A model generated the notes under the pieces. That model was not told where the DNA came from and did no database searches. It was given only the letters and a program-made list of their open reading frames with translations. From an uncultured bacterium (GTDB taxonomy: Bacteria > Chlamydiota > Chlamydiia > Chlamydiales > SM23-39), in assembly GCA_964458995.1 (NCBI GenBank), contig CAYWKW010000001.1, forward strand, positions 3,462 to 67,461: 64,000 nt of DNA, in the 5' to 3' direction. The stretch's first letter is position 1; each line of letters opens with the position of its first letter. Shown here piece after piece: positions 1 through 9,018 of the stretch. Made by a program: the position numbers and the translations under genes.

Positions 1-2
1 AG

Positions 3-581
3 AAAATACCTCACGACAATGGAACGCACCATTTATTTGGCCTACTCAGCGCCCATGAAATTGAGAAGTTTTTGAAAAACATTTGGGACCCGAACGAATT
101 CCGCTCTGATTATGGGCTTCGCAGTGTATCGAAGTATCATGAAAAGAACCCTGCAACGCAGCATGGCCTTTCTCTCAACTACGAGCCAGGCGAAGCCACG
201 GAGAAGATCAAAGGGGGGAATTCGAACTGGCGGGGGCCCATCTGGTTTCCGATCAATTACTTCCTTGTGGAGACGCTCTATCGTCTTGGCCATGTATTCA
301 AAGACGATATGAAAATCAAGGTGGGCAACGAACCAGAAGTCAATCTAACCCAAATGGCGCAATCCTATTCGCAGCGCCTCCTCAACATCTTTAAGCGGGA
401 TGCGAAAGGGAACCGGCCTGTTTTTGGTGATTATGAGAAGTTTCAGAAGGACCCTCATTTCAAAGACCATCTCTTTTTCTACGAGCATTTTCATGGGGAC
501 ACTGGGCGCGGCCTTGGCGCCTCCCACCAAAACGGCTGGACGGGTCTCATCGCCAACCTCATCGACGAGCTCCGTAAGTAA
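3..581 (+). CDS. C-terminal part of a GH63-like (alpha/alpha)6-barrel glycoside hydrolase (MGH1/glucosidase-like); 5' end lies outside the window
   Basis: Frame is open from base 3 to the stop at 579-581. Motifs GGNSNWRGPIWFPINYFLVETL and HFHGDTGRGLGASHQNGWTGLIANLI resemble the C-terminal barrel of GH63-type enzymes. Recognition is from memory only. Confidence 0.55.
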   Translation, partial: KIPHDNGTHHLFGLLSAHEIEKFLKNIWDPNEFRSDYGLRSVSKYHEKNPATQHGLSLNYEPGEATEKIKGGNSNWRGPIWFPINYFLVETLYRLGHVFKDDMKIKVGNEPEVNLTQMAQSYSQRLLNIFKRDAKGNRPVFGDYEKFQKDPHFKDHLFFYEHFHGDTGRGLGASHQNGWTGLIANLIDELRK

Positions 582-740
582 GATGTCAAAACAAGAGGTC
601 CGACTTACTAGTCAGGGGAGAGGCTCCCCCGAACCCCCCTCAGAAACCGATTTCGCAGAGGCAAAGCAAAACCCGAGACGCAGAGAGAGATCAAATTCGG
701 GGAAAGTCTTCGGGCCGAGGCTGTGAAGAAATCAAAAAAA

Positions 741-1152
741 CAGGATGCGGCTTGCAAGCTAAAGAAGGAAACAGGATCCGGCTCGCTGCGCGAGCCTAAA
801 AGGATGATCCTCTCGCTTTGCGAGAGGGCAGGATACGCACGCTTCCGCGTGCTACAGGATCAAACAAGAACAAGGAAACCCCGGGCCCAGCCTTCGGCTG
901 CTTCGTTCGCTTCGCGAGCCTGAGCGTTGCGTACGCGAAGCAGAAGCGCCGGGCGCGAACGAAGTGAGCGGCAACGCCGCAGGCGTTGTATCAGCCGAAG
1001 GCTGAAGCCCGGCGCTTGTCTTTCTTTATCCTGCAGCCCGCCATCAGGCGGGCGTATCTTGTAGGCTCGCGCATGCGAGCCGTCATCTTTAGGCTTGCGC
1101 AGCAAGCCGTTATCCTGTTCCTTTCTTTGTCATGCGAAACGCATCCTGCGCG
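741..1152. repeat. GC-rich imperfect long inverted repeat built from more than 10 nested mini-hairpins (CAGGAT-flanked units)
   Basis: Units such as caggatcc-ggctcgctgcgcgagcc-taaaag and caggatac-gcacgcttccgcgtgc lie on the + strand at 741-870. The same unit type appears in reverse complement at 1010-1152. Central complementary pairs are cagccttcggctg (888-900) with cagccgaaggctg (992-1004), and cttcgttcgc (901-910) with gcgaacgaag (955-964). Confidence 0.7.
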
Positions 1153-1184
1153 TTGATCTGCCACGGTTCGCTGGATTTTTTCCA

Positions 1185-1218
1185 TAAAACGAAACAGGCC
1201 GGGTTTTGCCCGGCCTGT
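1185..1218 (-). terminator. Rho-independent terminator downstream of the porin gene
   Basis: Perfect 10-bp GC-rich stem acaggccggg / cccggcctgt (1194-1203 and 1209-1218) with a 5-nt loop. On the minus strand it is followed by ttcgtttta. It sits about 30 nt after the stop at 1248. Confidence 0.75.
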
Positions 1219-1247
1219 CGAAATGAAAGAGCTTCGTCAGCTTTATG

Positions 1248-2564
1248 TTAGAAGGACAACATAAATGTAGCTGTCAAACCATGGACATACAAGTTGCCAT
1301 TTGGGCTAAATGAATTGCCAAACATGGTTACGCTATTAAAGTGACGGAACATGTTCTGATCAAAGAACACTTGGAACTCATATCCCAGAGCAACATCTGT
1401 GTACCAGTTGTTGCAATCCCAGTAGGTTCCCCAGCCCAATCCCAATTCGAGATCGAGGTGAGTTCTGAGACAGTTGTAACGTTTTTGCTTTACTTTGAAG
1501 GGAGCTGAGCTAACAGTAGATGTAGCTACAGCAGTATGAGTTTCATGGAATGAGAGTCTGTTATATCTGGTGAACATAAGATCAGCTTCTCCGTTTCCGA
1601 AGAGTCTAAATCCAGAACCCAGCATCCAATGTGTATCTAAGCCAGTTTTAGCACCAACTGCCCAAGATGTAGATCTTGCTTTTACAGTTTGGTTGTCAAT
1701 TGTTCCGATTCCAAGCGAAGCTGGACCAGAGGTATACTCGACAGTCACCTTCTGACGAATGAAAGCTGCTCTACCGCCAAAGTTTGGACGGAAAATCAGC
1801 TTGGTTCCTACATAGTACCATCTGCCGAGGTCGACATCGATGAGGTCCATGCGAAGGCGCCAGTCTTCATGAGCTGTGCCGTACACGTTTGCGCCAAGGA
1901 AGGCAGAAGAACCCCAAGTTGGGTGGATTTGTCCTACAGCGGGTCCATTAGAAAAGTGATGCTGTTTGGAATGGAACCATGTGTATTCAGCTTGCAGATC
2001 CCAGTTGTCATAATCTGAGTTCCAGCCAAAACCAACTTTAAAGCCAGGCTTATAATTGAAATCCATTCCAATCATAGATCCGTTAATTCCTGGTGTTACG
2101 AAGGAAACAACAGGCGTTCCTGGACCAGCAGCAGGTACAGTGAAGTTAGCAAGACCTAACTCCATGTTCTCCTGAATGGGTTGCCAATAGATGAAGCTTG
2201 CATCGAAATAAACATCCCATGGGCATCTTGTACGGACGACTGCAGGATAGTTATAGGCTGCGTTCAACACTGGCACTGGCCATGGTGGGCAACATGGGTT
2301 TGGGCATGGTGGCGGGCACAACTGCGTTGGTGGGCAGGGTTGTGGGCATGGTGTTGGGCAGCACTTTGGTTTGCACTCGGGCGCTGGGCATGGTGCGCAT
2401 GGTTTTGGGCATGGCGCTGGGCAAGGTTTCTCACACTTTGGCGGGCATGGTTTCGGACAAGGATTACAAGAATCTTGGCCAAATACAGAAGTAGCAACGA
2501 TAAGCGATGCTACCATCCATGGCTTAGTTTTTGTCAGTAAATTCAGCATTTTTTTGCTCTCCAT
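1248..2564 (-). CDS. MOMP-like outer-membrane beta-barrel porin with an N-terminal Cys/Pro-rich module
   Basis: Signal-peptide-like N-terminus (WMVASLIVATSVFGQ). It is followed by 17 Cys in about 65 residues (CPKPCPPKCEKPCPAPCPKPC...). The rest is aromatic/Gly-rich with alternating beta-strand character and ends in a terminal F (TATFMLSF). This is the pattern of chlamydial/Legionella MOMP-family porins. An alternative start is at 2549. Confidence 0.7.
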   Translation of the reverse strand: MESKKMLNLLTKTKPWMVASLIVATSVFGQDSCNPCPKPCPPKCEKPCPAPCPKPCAPCPAPECKPKCCPTPCPQPCPPTQLCPPPCPNPCCPPWPVPVLNAAYNYPAVVRTRCPWDVYFDASFIYWQPIQENMELGLANFTVPAAGPGTPVVSFVTPGINGSMIGMDFNYKPGFKVGFGWNSDYDNWDLQAEYTWFHSKQHHFSNGPAVGQIHPTWGSSAFLGANVYGTAHEDWRLRMDLIDVDLGRWYYVGTKLIFRPNFGGRAAFIRQKVTVEYTSGPASLGIGTIDNQTVKARSTSWAVGAKTGLDTHWMLGSGFRLFGNGEADLMFTRYNRLSFHETHTAVATSTVSSAPFKVKQKRYNCLRTHLDLELGLGWGTYWDCNNWYTDVALGYEFQVFFDQNMFRHFNSVTMFGNSFSPNGNLYVHGLTATFMLSF

Positions 2565-3099
2565 TTTGGACGAATAGTTTGGTTTTTTTAGCTTTCGCTA
2601 AGATTTTTCGTAGCGTTGCCATCCGTATCTTCCCGAATCACACCTGTGAGAATACAATACTGCTGCAGGCGATTCAAGTTACATTTGGAATGTTAAACTT
2701 AAAAAGAAAATTAAATCAAGAAAAATGCACTACACGAATGACAGCACACACAAATTCATCCGCTTAAGTCAGTCCAATGAATGAATAAACCGATGCGTGG
2801 AAGGGGCTGATTTGTCTGATTTGCATGCAAAGAGATGTTCCAAAGATCAGAAAAATTCTCTTCTTCTTCCATTTCATCTTCGTTGCAATGTTCCCCGAAA
2901 AAAATAAATGGCGTTGAAAAGAAGATATTTTCTTGCAGCATCAAAATTCCCCATTGCCTGTTAATAACTTCCTCATAAACCGATGCAGTATGAGAAGCAA
3001 TATTTTTCTCATCTCTCAAAAAATCAGTTTGTTAGCGCCAGTCTTTTCAGCAATTTCATATCTATGTTAAGGTTGCTCGCTAAGATTTAGGAGTTGCCA

Positions 3100-4704
3100 A
3101 TGTTCCGATTTTTCGTTTTATTTCTTGTTCTTCTGATGGGTTGTCAGAAACACCCCTCGCCCACGCAATTACAAACGCTTCGGATCAATATTGGTTCTGA
3201 TCCACAAACTCTAGACCCACGCAAAGCAAGAGATTTAACTGCCGTCACTCTCATGCATATGCTCTTCGAAGGGTTAACTCGGGTGTCCAAAGAGGGTTCC
3301 CTTGAGATGGCTTTAGCGCGCGAAGTAGAAATCTCTGAAAACGGGACGCAATATCTTTTCCACTTGCGCAAATCCTTTTGGTCAAATGGAGATCCTGTGA
3401 CTGCTTTTGATTTTGCAGAGAGCTGGAAAACGATCCTAGATCCTCAATTTCCTTCAGATCTGGCCTATCAACTCTACAGTATCAAAAATGCGCGCAAGGC
3501 AAAATTGGGAGAAATGGATCTGGAGCAGGTGGGCATTCAAACTCCCGATCCCAATACTTTGATTGTTGAATTGGAACAGCCCATTCCCTATTTTCTCGAG
3601 CTGCTAGCGATGACTTCCTTTTTGCCCATACCGCATAAAATGGATATGGCCAATCCCAATTGGGCGAATCTTCCAGAAACCTACGTTTGCAATGGCCCAT
3701 TTCTTCTTGAGTCGTGGAAACATTCAGATCAGATACGCGTAGTCAAAAATCCGCGCTATTGGCAAACAAAAAATGTGAGCCTAAATGGGATCGATCTTCT
3801 GATGATGCCGGGCGATACAGAAATGCGCATGTTTGAGGAGGGAAAACTCGATTGGGCTGGTTCTCCCCTTTCTACGATTCCTGTGGACGCTGTTCGCTCT
3901 TTGAGAGCCAGTCAGAAACTGCATATCAATCCCTTTTCAGCAACCTACTTTTATCGGGTCAACACGGCTGAAAAATTCAAAGAGAAAAAAAATCCGCTTA
4001 GCAATGCTCTGTTTCGAAAAGCTTTGGCCTTTTGCTTGAATCGCAAAGGGATTACGGAGCACATTTTACAAGGCGGTCAGATTCCAGCTAAAAGTCTAGT
4101 GCCTCCAGAGATGGGTCTTTCTGACAAAGGCTATTTCCACGACGATAATCGCCAGCGGGCTCATGCTCTTTTGATCGATGCTCTATTAGAACTCGACCTC
4201 ACCATCGAAACTTTAGAACCGATTAAAATCAGCTATAGCAGCAGCGAACGGAATGCCGCCATTTCGCAGGCCATTCAAAAACAATGGGAAGAGGGTCTTG
4301 GCATTCGCGTTGAACTGGAAGCGGTTGAACCCAAAACCTATTTCCAACGAATTTCTCAAAAAGAATTCCAGCTAGCTGCAGGCTCTTGGACGGCCGACTT
4401 TAATGATCCCATTAACTTTCTTGAAGTATTTAAGTATAAAGATGCTAGCACCAACAATACGCAGTGGGAGAGCGCCAAATACATTGATCTTTTAAACCGC
4501 TCTGCTTTATGTAGGGATTCAGAAGAGAGAAAAGGGCTCTTGCGAGAGGCGGAGTTGATCTTAATGGAGCAAATGCCGATTATTCCTGTTTTCCATTTCG
4601 CTTTGAATTATTTGGAGCGTGATGGGCTTGAGGATGTGGCTTTGTCTCCTTTGGGCCAGATCGATTTCCGTTGGGCGCATTTTAACCCTTCAACCCCTCT
4701 CTGA
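3100..4704 (+). CDS. Peptide/oligopeptide ABC transporter substrate-binding lipoprotein (family 5 SBP, OppA/DppA-like)
   Basis: AGGAG lies 7 nt upstream of the ATG at 3100. Lipobox LLMGC is present. SBP_bac_5-like motifs run throughout (RINIGSDPQTLDPRKA, WSNGDPVTAFDF, VKNPRYW, GSWTADFNDP). Confidence 0.8.
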   Translation: MFRFFVLFLVLLMGCQKHPSPTQLQTLRINIGSDPQTLDPRKARDLTAVTLMHMLFEGLTRVSKEGSLEMALAREVEISENGTQYLFHLRKSFWSNGDPVTAFDFAESWKTILDPQFPSDLAYQLYSIKNARKAKLGEMDLEQVGIQTPDPNTLIVELEQPIPYFLELLAMTSFLPIPHKMDMANPNWANLPETYVCNGPFLLESWKHSDQIRVVKNPRYWQTKNVSLNGIDLLMMPGDTEMRMFEEGKLDWAGSPLSTIPVDAVRSLRASQKLHINPFSATYFYRVNTAEKFKEKKNPLSNALFRKALAFCLNRKGITEHILQGGQIPAKSLVPPEMGLSDKGYFHDDNRQRAHALLIDALLELDLTIETLEPIKISYSSSERNAAISQAIQKQWEEGLGIRVELEAVEPKTYFQRISQKEFQLAAGSWTADFNDPINFLEVFKYKDASTNNTQWESAKYIDLLNRSALCRDSEERKGLLREAELILMEQMPIIPVFHFALNYLERDGLEDVALSPLGQIDFRWAHFNPSTPL

Positions 4705-4713
4705 AAGAGATCG

Positions 4714-5109
4714 ATGCGTTGGTTGTTTTTTCTTCTTCCCCTTTTACTCACTGCGGGGACGAATGATGGCACGCTCCTATTGCATAATGATACGACGATC
4801 ATTCTCACTGCTGTAATCCAAGCATCCGATGGGACCTACTTGGGCCAATTTACGGTCCAGCCGGCTCAACAGCGAAATTTTACCACGAATATGTCGACAA
4901 CGGGTTATGTCCATCCGGGGACTCCCGATATTTCTCTCACGCCCTACACGGTCGTTTGGCAATGCCCATCGCAGGGGATCTATTCCATTTGCACAGGAGT
5001 CTCTCCTGGGGCCTATGTGAAGGCGAGTCTTTGCGATGGGGCCCACTTTTGCGCGCCGAAAAAAGAGCAAAAAGAGCCTCCCGCCTCCTCCTTGCAGCTG
5101 ATCAAGTGA
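4714..5109 (+). CDS. Hypothetical secreted protein
   Basis: The 131-aa ORF starts 10 nt after the SBP gene. It has an N-terminal signal-like segment (MRWLFFLLPLLLTAG) and four Cys. I recognise no family. Confidence 0.45.
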   Translation: MRWLFFLLPLLLTAGTNDGTLLLHNDTTIILTAVIQASDGTYLGQFTVQPAQQRNFTTNMSTTGYVHPGTPDISLTPYTVVWQCPSQGIYSICTGVSPGAYVKASLCDGAHFCAPKKEQKEPPASSLQLIK

Positions 5110-5556
5110 TCAAACCAAGATCAATTCCTTGACGGGGATGTCCCAAGAATCGCGCGGCAGAAGTTCTTCGCACATTTGTTCCCGAAACCCGACTCCAATC
5201 GTAGGAATGGGTCCCGTTTGCGCTAGAAAGCGATCATAGAACCCCTTCCCGTATCCAAGTCGATAGAATTCCCGGTCAAAGCCAAGGGCTGGAACGAGGA
5301 TACAATCAATCTCAGAAAGGGGAACGTGAATGAGAGAGTCGAGTTTGTAGGGGACAAGGCAGAGCCTCCCTTCCGCGGCTAAAAGCTGATTGAGGGGACT
5401 GAGATCAATTTCCGTTCCCATCGGCGAAAAAGAGAGGATGCGCCCTTTATTGAGGAGCTTTTCTTTCAAAAGCTGCGAGGCTTCCTCTCTTCTCTCTTTC
5501 GAGATGGCTTTTCTCCTTTCCAGGAGGATTTGTCGCCATTTAGTTTTCAGGTTCAA
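5110..5556 (-). CDS. 5-formyltetrahydrofolate cyclo-ligase (MTHFS family)
   Basis: N-terminal RQILLERRKAIS and C-terminal LVPALGFDREFYRLGYGKGFYDRFL match the family hallmark G-x-G-x-G-Y-Y-D-R. Confidence 0.75.
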   Translation of the reverse strand: MNLKTKWRQILLERRKAISKERREEASQLLKEKLLNKGRILSFSPMGTEIDLSPLNQLLAAEGRLCLVPYKLDSLIHVPLSEIDCILVPALGFDREFYRLGYGKGFYDRFLAQTGPIPTIGVGFREQMCEELLPRDSWDIPVKELILV

Positions 5557-6811
5557 CGGGTTTCCCCTTTTGGTAGACGACCTTTCTCAAGAATGTCCCA
5601 AATTCATCGAAAAGAGTCGCAACTCCATTGCCATTCACAATGGAAGAAACAGGTTCCGATTTATTCAGCTTAAAATATTGACCGCTGATTAAACGATCCT
5701 CAGCGTATTCTTCAACCATCATGAAAGAACCGTCTCGATACCAAGCCAGGGAGGGGCCCGACCGGACATTTCGAGTATATTCTCTTTGGCTTTGAAGATT
5801 TCCATTTGGATACCACGTTTTTGCACACCCCTGAATGGTATTGCCGCTCCAATTCACAGACATTTTAGGAATCGGCTTGGTGGTAGGGATCTCCACTTCA
5901 GATGAGAGATAGAATTCAACCTCTTCGCCCGATTTATTCCCGTTCCGAATGTGGAAAATTCGATGAGGTTCTCTCGATTTTGAAAACTTTTGAATCACCC
6001 CTTCCGGCTCCCCCATCTTGTGTTCGATGGTCGTGAGAAGGCCCATTTCAAAAATCGCTTGAAATCCCCCCCCGTTTTGCACTTCTGAAACAAGGTCTCC
6101 CTGTGCATCGTAGTAAGAGCCCGATAAGAGCCTCCCATCGGTGTATTCTTCAATTGAAGCCAGTTTGCCCGTTTCAAAAAATCGGAGGGTCTCTCCCCAA
6201 CGAACCCCTTTTTGATACTTCGATTTGGATTTGAGGGTTCCTTCAGAGAAAAATTCAACAACCTCTCCTACAATCTGGTCATCAATAAAAGGAACTTCTC
6301 TCTCGGTTTGCCCGCTGGGATAGTAATAGATGCTGGTTCCATTGAGAACCCCTTTTTCATAGGGAATGAGCGCGATTAAATTTCCCATTTCGTCCCAAAC
6401 TTGACTAGCCCCCTCAAAAAGCCAGTCCCGTTGCGCCCCTCCCGTTACATCGGCGGTTCCTCCAATCACATTCGCTTCAATTCGGATCTGCCCATTGGGA
6501 TACCACTCCCGATAGGCCCCGTGAGCGCGCATTTCTTTCGCTTCCAGATATTGGGAAAGCATGCCGTTTGCGTGGTAAGTTGTGATTTTGGAGTGATTTT
6601 TCCCTCCCAATTTGTAGACGCGAAGCACCTTTTTGTAAGGTTGGGAAGTTAAAAAGTCGATCTTTTCATAGGCGGTGATCCGGTCGGGATTGCTGACAGT
6701 CTCTGTAAGACCGTTTCTATCCTGAATTTGAATCAGAGAGAGAGGATCGGGAAGATTTGCATGATGGCAGCCGGCCAATGCAAAAAGGCAAAAGATAAAA
6801 ATGTGCTTCAT
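5540..6811 (-). CDS. MORN-variant repeat lipoprotein (YwqK-like)
   Basis: Lipobox LFALAGC is present. Repeated G-x-x-x-E-W/Y-Y-P-N/S-G-Q units occur (AYREWYPNGQIRIE, SIYYYPSGQTERE, KTWYPNGNLQSQREY). Confidence 0.6.
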   Translation of the reverse strand: MKHIFIFCLFALAGCHHANLPDPLSLIQIQDRNGLTETVSNPDRITAYEKIDFLTSQPYKKVLRVYKLGGKNHSKITTYHANGMLSQYLEAKEMRAHGAYREWYPNGQIRIEANVIGGTADVTGGAQRDWLFEGASQVWDEMGNLIALIPYEKGVLNGTSIYYYPSGQTEREVPFIDDQIVGEVVEFFSEGTLKSKSKYQKGVRWGETLRFFETGKLASIEEYTDGRLLSGSYYDAQGDLVSEVQNGGGFQAIFEMGLLTTIEHKMGEPEGVIQKFSKSREPHRIFHIRNGNKSGEEVEFYLSSEVEIPTTKPIPKMSVNWSGNTIQGCAKTWYPNGNLQSQREYTRNVRSGPSLAWYRDGSFMMVEEYAEDRLISGQYFKLNKSEPVSSIVNGNGVATLFDEFGTFLRKVVYQKGKPVEPEN

Positions 6812-7446
6812 GATTTTAAAAATTCCCTCTTAAGAAGATCCATTTCCACTTCAAACACCTCGGTTTGAAGAGACGTTTCTTGTTTTTTTAACCGAAAATC
6901 TTTGATGAGAATCTGCGGACTATTTGGAGATGGGACATAGGGGCCAACGGGAACATCTTCCAGCAGCGACAAGATTTTTTGCAGATCATTTTCATCCATT
7001 TGAACAGGAGAGCGCTGCTTCTCATCTACCTCTTTGATTTGAGAAGAGTTGTGAATATTTTCCTCAATGAAGGTGAGCCGATTGTCCTCTATGAAAGCCA
7101 ATCTGTCTCTGAATGCTTGATGATTGGGAAAGGCCGGGTGGTAAAGCAAGGCATCCAAATGTTGTTTTTCCTTTTGCAAGAAGGCAAACGCCTCGATTTT
7201 TTGGTCGAGAAAATAGGGGTCAGCCTGAGAATAGCGGTGTAAGAAACGCTCCCTTCTCTCTTTTCTTTCGAAGCTCAGTTTTTCCTTGCGAGCCGCTTTT
7301 GCAAATCGCTGTTGAAGATCTTGAAGCTGGCTATATTCGAGATAGAGAAAAAGAACGGCCCCGAGCAGGGGAAACGCGGCCAAAACAAAAAAGAAGACGG
7401 GTCTCATTCGAGAAAAAAAGAATTTTCCCATTTGTTCAAGGAACAT
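6808..7446 (-). CDS. Hypothetical single-pass membrane protein
   Basis: The 212-aa ORF has one N-terminal TM (VFFFVLAAFPLLGAVLFLYL). It is translationally coupled to both neighbours through 4-nt and 11-nt overlaps. Confidence 0.5.
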   Translation of the reverse strand: MFLEQMGKFFFSRMRPVFFFVLAAFPLLGAVLFLYLEYSQLQDLQQRFAKAARKEKLSFERKERRERFLHRYSQADPYFLDQKIEAFAFLQKEKQHLDALLYHPAFPNHQAFRDRLAFIEDNRLTFIEENIHNSSQIKEVDEKQRSPVQMDENDLQKILSLLEDVPVGPYVPSPNSPQILIKDFRLKKQETSLQTEVFEVEMDLLKREFLKS

Positions 7447-8962
7447 AAGGACTCCGATTTTTTAAGAAAAAAGAAGTTCTATAGCTATCTTGCAAAGCGT
7501 CCCAAGCGATTTCTAAGTTCGGATTGACAAAGCTATCCCCAGAACGGAGCGCTTCATGGAATTTGCGCGCATTCTTGGCGCTTTTAAACCGGAATTCAAG
7601 CTCCACCTTGGCTGAATAGGGTTCTTTGGGAGAATCGATTTTTGGCAAAGTCACTAACTGATACCGGAGTTCTCGAATGTCGATGGGATCTCCCTCTTGT
7701 TTCAATTCAGTGAGAAGTGGATGGGAAGAGATCCAGGAAAAAACTTCAGCCGCTCTAGGCGATTGAAGGATGTAGGGGTATTCTTTGTTATTTTTTTCAA
7801 TGGCTGCAATCCACTCATCGATTTTTGCCTCCACGTCTCCCTCACCGGTCATTTGCAGCGAATGGAGCATCTCCGCTTTTTGGCCATTCGACACCCAAAA
7901 CCCAAATCCCAAAAGAGAGGCAGATAAAAGGAGCGAGGCGCTCAGGATCGACAGAGCAAAAAAGCCAAGGCGTTTCCAATTTTTTCGAGGGAAAAATTCT
8001 TCCTTCAGCAGTTGCAATGGGCGGGATGCCGTTTGCTCTAGAGCAAGACCCAGACTTACGGCAAATTTTTGTTCCTCTAAAGTGAGCGGATGGCCGGAGT
8101 CTTCGAGGAGGAACTCTTTGAGGTGGATAAATGCATCTGTCCTTCCTGTAAAAATCACAGCCCTTTTTTCCCCCCGAGTCATTGAGAAGAGAACTTTGCC
8201 TATAGTTTGCCTAAGTTCATTGAGATTCGAAGTCAAATGGGGGTTCAAGCCCGATTTCAGCAACAGCAAATCGATCTGTTTTGCGGCTCCCTCAATCTCC
8301 TTTTTTAATAGGATCTTCTTTCGGTCGTCAAAAAGAGCAGCTAACAGCGACTCAACGCCTCCTGCAATGCTATGAGCCTTTTTCAATTCTCCCTTTTCCA
8401 TCAAAGCGCAGGTGAATTCGCTCGAACCCAAATGGATTATGAAAGCATCTGAAATGGAGGGAAATTTCCAGCGGACAAAATGGCAAAGTCCCAATGGGAT
8501 TGCGCTCACGCAATCGAGGTCGATCCCCACTTTTTCCAGCTGATCCAGATGACTTCTCAAAGCCTCTCGGGGAACAGTAAACAATAGGGCTTCCGTATTT
8601 CCCTTCTCCTTTTTCTGAAGGAGTGGGACGGTCAGAATGTCGGTCGGATTGAAATGGGTGATTGCTTCAGACTGGAAGCGGAGCGCCTCCTCAACATGGC
8701 TGGCAATCTTCAGCTCCATCGGCCGAATCAAAAAATCTTTTGGCGACAGGCCGCTCGTAATGTAAAGCCGCAATACACAACCCCAAAAATCGAAGCGATT
8801 TTCGGGGACCCCGCTGGTAATGTAAAGCCGCTTTACATTTGGATTGGCCTCCCCGGAAAGCGTCTCGGCCTTGAGCGAAACCACTTCGGTACCTTGACGG
8901 GTTTTCCTTATCAAGGCGCCGTAGATAAAAGGCGGGTCGAGGTGGATTCCTAATATATGCAT
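7436..8962 (-). CDS. Hypothetical bitopic membrane protein with a tentative PilM/GspL-like actin-fold N-domain; carries an in-frame repeat insertion
   Basis: The 508-aa ORF has a cytoplasmic N-domain resembling PilM/GspL (IDLDCVSAIPLGL, IIHLGSSEFTCALMEKGEL, SIAGGVESL). A central TM (LGFFALSILSASLLLSASLLGFGFWV) and a C-terminal domain follow. Family assignment is weak. Confidence 0.55.
   Translation of the reverse strand: MHILGIHLDPPFIYGALIRKTRQGTEVVSLKAETLSGEANPNVKRLYITSGVPENRFDFWGCVLRLYITSGLSPKDFLIRPMELKIASHVEEALRFQSEAITHFNPTDILTVPLLQKKEKGNTEALLFTVPREALRSHLDQLEKVGIDLDCVSAIPLGLCHFVRWKFPSISDAFIIHLGSSEFTCALMEKGELKKAHSIAGGVESLLAALFDDRKKILLKKEIEGAAKQIDLLLLKSGLNPHLTSNLNELRQTIGKVLFSMTRGEKRAVIFTGRTDAFIHLKEFLLEDSGHPLTLEEQKFAVSLGLALEQTASRPLQLLKEEFFPRKNWKRLGFFALSILSASLLLSASLLGFGFWVSNGQKAEMLHSLQMTGEGDVEAKIDEWIAAIEKNNKEYPYILQSPRAAEVFSWISSHPLLTELKQEGDPIDIRELRYQLVTLPKIDSPKEPYSAKVELEFRFKSAKNARKFHEALRSGDSFVNPNLEIAWDALQDSYRTSFFLKNRSPYVP
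8759..8839 (+). repeat. 81-bp copy (1.35 units) of the dispersed 60-bp-period palindromic repeat, inside the CDS 7436-8962
   Basis: Sequence is aatgtaaagccgcaatacacaa-ccccaaaaatcgaagcgattttcgggg-accccgctggt-aatgtaaagccgctttacatt. It aligns unit-for-unit with the array at 37177-37355. Its length is 81 = 27 codons. Confidence 0.85.
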
Positions 8963-9018
8963 GCAATCACTTTACCAGAGCATGACGAAAATGGGAAATA
9001 CCCTTAATATAGGAGTCC

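Noticed and set aside
723-1185. ORFs of 64-81 aa on both strands in the GC-rich hairpin block.
   Set aside because: They are Arg/Ala/Ser-rich low-complexity translations of palindromic DNA. Overlapping ORFs on both strands are expected from the dyad symmetry.
2181-2577. Trp/Ala/Gly/His-rich ORFs (119, 98, 77 and 68 aa) overlapping the 5' end of the porin gene.
   Set aside because: They are alternative-frame or antisense readings of the Cys/Pro codon repeats (TGC/CCN). The porin frame alone has a signal peptide and continues into a beta-barrel.
2756-3019. 87-aa acidic ORF (-) in the porin-SBP intergenic region.
   Set aside because: There is no recognisable family, RBS or partner. It could be real, but I cannot support it. 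The region is more simply two divergent promoter regions.
2590-3090. Shared 11-mer tcgctaagattt upstream of both the porin gene (~2596) and the SBP gene (~3077), considered as a common regulatory box.
   Set aside because: There are only two occurrences, in different orientations relative to the genes. This cannot be distinguished from chance without a genome-wide count.
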